From positions 478,846 through 542,845 of the forward strand of contig CAWCDJ010000007.1 in the NCBI GenBank assembly GCA_963794265.1: DNA of 64,000 bases, given 5' to 3'. This document shows, in pieces, positions 61,512 through 64,000 of this stretch. The stretch comes from Bryobacterales bacterium (GTDB lineage Bacteria; Acidobacteriota; Terriglobia; Bryobacterales; Bryobacteraceae). The notes beneath the pieces were generated by a model that was not told the DNA's origin, did not search any database, and saw nothing but the letters and a program-made list of their open reading frames with translations. The stretch's first letter is position 1. The number at the start of each line of letters is the position of its first letter. The translations under genes and the position numbers were made by a program.

Positions 61512-62710
61512 TTGAGCAGCACCCGGATCATTTCGCCGCGGGGGTATTCCGCGCGGCCGGATTCCGCTACCAGATACGCGTTCGCGCGGGTCATCGAGGG
61601 CACGTCGCCCGAGCCGTGCCAGTCAATCGGGGTCACCTCGGCGCCATCTTCGGAAAGCCGCGCCGGAAGGAACCGCGTCAACCCGGTCTTGTGGCGAAAT
61701 TCCCGGGTCAACCGGGCGAACGGCATGCGGAGTGCCGGTTCGGATTCTCCGCCGAGCAATTCCAGCGCGGCGCGCGCGAAGAGTTCGAACGTCACCATGG
61801 TAGAGGCGGGGTTCCCAGGCAGCCCGAAAAAGTACTTGCCGGCGGCGCTGCCGAAGACGGCCGGCTGCCCCGGCTGGATCAGAACGCGATCGAAGAAGAA
61901 GCGCGCGCCGAATTCGGCGAGTACTTCCTCCACCACGTCGTACTTCCCCGCCGAGACGCCGCCCGAAAGCAGCAGCAGGCCGGACTCGAGCCCCTCCCGG
62001 ATCTGCGCGCGCGTGTGCGTTACCGTATCGCGCGCTACCGCCAGGATTCGGGGGATGCCTCCGGCGCGCGCCACCTGTGCGGCCAGCGAGTAGGCGTTGG
62101 AGTTACGGATCTGAAACCCTTCAGGCTTTTTTCCGGCCTCCACGATTTCGTCACCGGTCGCGACGATGGCTACTTCGGGCCGCCGGTAGACCGAAATGGA
62201 TGTATGTCCGAAGGCCGCCAGCGCAGCCACCGCGCTATAGTCCAGCCGCAGGCCGGGGTGCAGGACGATCTCGCCGGCCGCGGCCTCGCAGCCTTGCGGA
62301 TTGATGAACTGGTGCGGCTCGGCGCTGCGATCGATCGCGACGCGCGCTCCTTCGCGGCGGGTGTGTTCCACCATCACCACCGAGTCGGCGCCTTCCGGCA
62401 CCGGCGCGCCGGTCATGATCTCGACCGCCTGGCCCGGACCGATCAGGCCCGAAAACCGCTCGCCGGCCCGCACTTCGCCGATCACTTCCAACGTTGCCGG
62501 CAGATCGATGGAGCGGACCGCATACCCGTCGCGGACCGAGCGTGGCAGCGCCGGCGTATCCCGATCGGCGCGCACGGGTTCGGCGAGCACCCGGCCCGCG
62601 GCGTTTTCGAGTTCGACCGTCTCGACCGCCGGCGCGGGCATCCCGGCGCGCACCGTCGAGATCACCGTCCGCCGCGCTTCCAAAAATGTCAGCGTCGCCA
62701 CAAGTTCCAT
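61508..62710 (-). CDS. moeA: molybdopterin molybdotransferase
   Basis: MoeA blocks: [93 protein letters not shown] 62710 ([14 protein letters not shown]) is preferred over GTG 62740. Confidence 0.9.
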   Translation of the reverse strand: MELVATLTFLEARRTVISTVRAGMPAPAVETVELENAAGRVLAEPVRADRDTPALPRSVRDGYAVRSIDLPATLEVIGEVRAGERFSGLIGPGQAVEIMTGAPVPEGADSVVMVEHTRREGARVAIDRSAEPHQFINPQGCEAAAGEIVLHPGLRLDYSAVAALAAFGHTSISVYRRPEVAIVATGDEIVEAGKKPEGFQIRNSNAYSLAAQVARAGGIPRILAVARDTVTHTRAQIREGLESGLLLLSGGVSAGKYDVVEEVLAEFGARFFFDRVLIQPGQPAVFGSAAGKYFFGLPGNPASTMVTFELFARAALELLGGESEPALRMPFARLTREFRHKTGLTRFLPARLSEDGAEVTPIDWHGSGDVPSMTRANAYLVAESGRAEYPRGEMIRVLLK

Positions 62711-62814
62711 TGTAGGGTAGGCGGCGGATGCCGGTATCACGCTTTACATTGGCACGTGAAAACCGGTTGAACTCGCAACCGCGCGTTCCGAAAATGAAGG
62801 AGGAGGACGATCTG

Positions 62815-63327
62815 ATGGCAGACACCAGAGCTCAAGAACAATCGCGCGGCACGATGACGCGCAGACAGGAAAACTTACCGTCCCGCGAGTACGCTCGCGA
62901 TATCTTCAACCCGTTTTCGATGCTCCGGCGGCTCTCCGAAGAGATGGACCGCACCTTCGGCAGTTCCTTCGGGCTGGGCCGCGCGTTCGGTGAAAGCGGC
63001 ACGTGGCTGCCGGCCATAGAAGTGCGGGAACGCGACAACAACCTGGAGATTCTGGCCGAGCTTCCGGGCATGAGCAAAGAAGACGTCAACGTGGAGGTCA
63101 GGAAGGAAGGCGTGGTGATCGAAGGCGAAAAGAAACGCGAGAAGGAGGCCGACGAGGGCGGCGTCCACACTACCGAGCGATCTTACGGCCACTTCGTTCG
63201 GGTGGTCCCGATTCCCGAGGGAGCGGAACCCGATAAGGCCAAGGCCGAATTCAAGAACGGCGTGCTGCAAATCCGTGTGCCGTATTCCGAAGAACACCGC
63301 AAGAGCCGGCGCATTCCGATCGGGTAA
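62815..63327 (+). CDS. Hsp20/alpha-crystallin family small heat-shock protein
   Basis: ATG 62815 follows AAGGAGGAGGA. Alpha-crystallin domain (WLPAIEVRERDNNLEILAELPGMSKEDVNVEV...ERSYGHFVRVVPIPEGAEPDKAKAEFKNGVLQIRVP). A possible promoter, TTGAAC (62767)-17 nt-GAAAAT (62790), lies upstream. Confidence 0.9.
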   Translation: MADTRAQEQSRGTMTRRQENLPSREYARDIFNPFSMLRRLSEEMDRTFGSSFGLGRAFGESGTWLPAIEVRERDNNLEILAELPGMSKEDVNVEVRKEGVVIEGEKKREKEADEGGVHTTERSYGHFVRVVPIPEGAEPDKAKAEFKNGVLQIRVPYSEEHRKSRRIPIG

Positions 63328-63342
63328 CGCTACACTGAATTC

Positions 63343-64000
63343 GTGCCATATCGATCTTCGCTCTGCCTGATGGTGTCGATGGTGCGAAGCGGCGCGGTAT
63401 CGCCATCCGAACTGGTCGAGGCACACTTGCGGCAGATCGAAGCGCGCAACCCGGCCTTGAACGCGTTTGTCTCGGTGTTCGCCGAATCCGCGCTCGCCGA
63501 GGCGCGGGAGCGGGAGACGCTTTTGGCGTGCGGCGAGGCGCTCGGACTGCTGCACGGCGTCCCGGTGACCGTGAAGGACAGCTTCGATGTAGCGGGCTAT
63601 CCGACCCGCGCCGGCAGCCGGCTGCGCAACCCGAACCCGGCGGCGCGGGATGCCGCCGCTGTGCTGCAACTGCGCCGTGAAGGCGCCATCATTCTGGGCA
63701 AGACCAACACGCCTGAGTTGTTGGCCAGCTACGAGACCGATAATTCTCTCACGGGCCGCACGAACCATCCGCTCGATCCCGAGCGCACGCCGGGCGGGTC
63801 GAGCGGGGGCGAGGCGGCCGCGATCGCGTCGTTCTGCTCCCCAGGCGGCTTAGCCAGCGACGGCGGGGGCTCGATCCGCGTTCCCGCGCACTTCTGCGGC
63901 ATCGCGGGCCTGAAACCCACGCCCGGCCGCATCTCCGGCGACGGACATTTTCCCTCGCTCGGATATCCGGGGGGCCTCACCTCCGCGGCCGGCCCGATGG
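63343..64000 (+). CDS. amidase-signature family enzyme (GatA-like), 3' end outside window
   Basis: Hand translation from GTG 63343 stays open to the window end and is absent from the ORF track. It reads ...SPSELVEAHLRQIEARNPALNAFV...LHGVPVTVKDSFDVAGYPTRAGS...KTNTPE...RTNHPLDPERTPGGSSGGEAAAIAS...LASDGGGSIRVPAHFCGIAGLKPT, the amidase signature. ATG 63370 is an alternative start. Confidence 0.85.
   Translation, partial: MPYRSSLCLMVSMVRSGAVSPSELVEAHLRQIEARNPALNAFVSVFAESALAEARERETLLACGEALGLLHGVPVTVKDSFDVAGYPTRAGSRLRNPNPAARDAAAVLQLRREGAIILGKTNTPELLASYETDNSLTGRTNHPLDPERTPGGSSGGEAAAIASFCSPGGLASDGGGSIRVPAHFCGIAGLKPTPGRISGDGHFPSLGYPGGLTSAAGPM

Noticed and set aside
62750-62764. Sigma-54 promoter-like TGGCAC upstream of hsp20.
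   Set aside because: The -24 element TGGCAC is present, but the position 5 nt downstream reads AACC rather than the required TTGC(A/T) -12 element.
62711-62814. Molybdenum cofactor riboswitch ahead of moeA-moaC-mogA.
   Set aside because: The available 5' region is only ~75-105 nt, shared with the divergent hsp20 promoter. That is too short for the ~130-nt Moco RNA motif, and I saw no matching conserved stems.
1-64000. Search for CRISPR arrays, tRNA/rRNA genes, IS elements, integrases, phage genes or toxin-antitoxin/defence modules.
   Set aside because: No regularly spaced repeats, no tRNA-like T-arm sequences in the intergenic gaps, and no transposase, integrase or nuclease-ATPase signatures were seen in any long ORF. 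The window looks like core or accessory metabolic chromosome rather than a mobile or defence island.

Overview
This is a high-GC chromosomal segment. Its gene content (CarboxypepD_reg-type TonB-dependent receptors, three CRTAC1/ASPIC-UnbV FG-GAP proteins with TPR partners, an acidobacterial-type VWA protein, hopanoid genes) suggests an Acidobacteriota genome of the Solibacter/Bryobacter kind; this is inference only. I recognised no rRNA, tRNA, CRISPR array, transposase or integrase. Left to right the window holds: the tail of a glycine-betaine-type ABC importer; a MerR/YtxH-like pair; a 1128-aa DUF5107-TPR protein; a six-gene translationally coupled operon of secreted beta-propeller and c-haem proteins plus RidA and a duplicated PBP1 binding protein (6886-15058); two TonB-receptor/CRTAC1/TPR modules flanking a glycan/sugar-acid locus (enolase-superfamily dehydratase, GH55-like/SMP30 fusion, GH92); a cobalamin radical SAM gene, an orphan LytTR regulator, inositol-3-phosphate synthase and an SDR; a hopanoid cluster ispH-shc-hpnH-hpnA-hpnG-[two Zn-ADH genes]-hpnC-hpnD with no hpnE; tatA (absent from the ORF track) beside a three-subunit GMC flavoprotein dehydrogenase with a pentahaem cytochrome; Tat-exported DUF362 and enolase-superfamily proteins; and BON, VWA, moeA-moaC-mog, hsp20 and a 3'-truncated amidase. 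There are three main leads. (i) In the propeller/haem operon, the two haem proteins copy the domain logic of hydrazine synthase subunits. (ii) The two MDR dehydrogenases embedded between hpnG and hpnC are candidates for the genetically unassigned ribosylhopane-to-bacteriohopanetetrol reductase. (iii) The GMC dehydrogenase is coupled to a c3-type pentahaem cytochrome and sits head-to-head with Tat-exported sugar-acid enzymes. All functional calls rest on motif recognition by eye and none was checked against a database.
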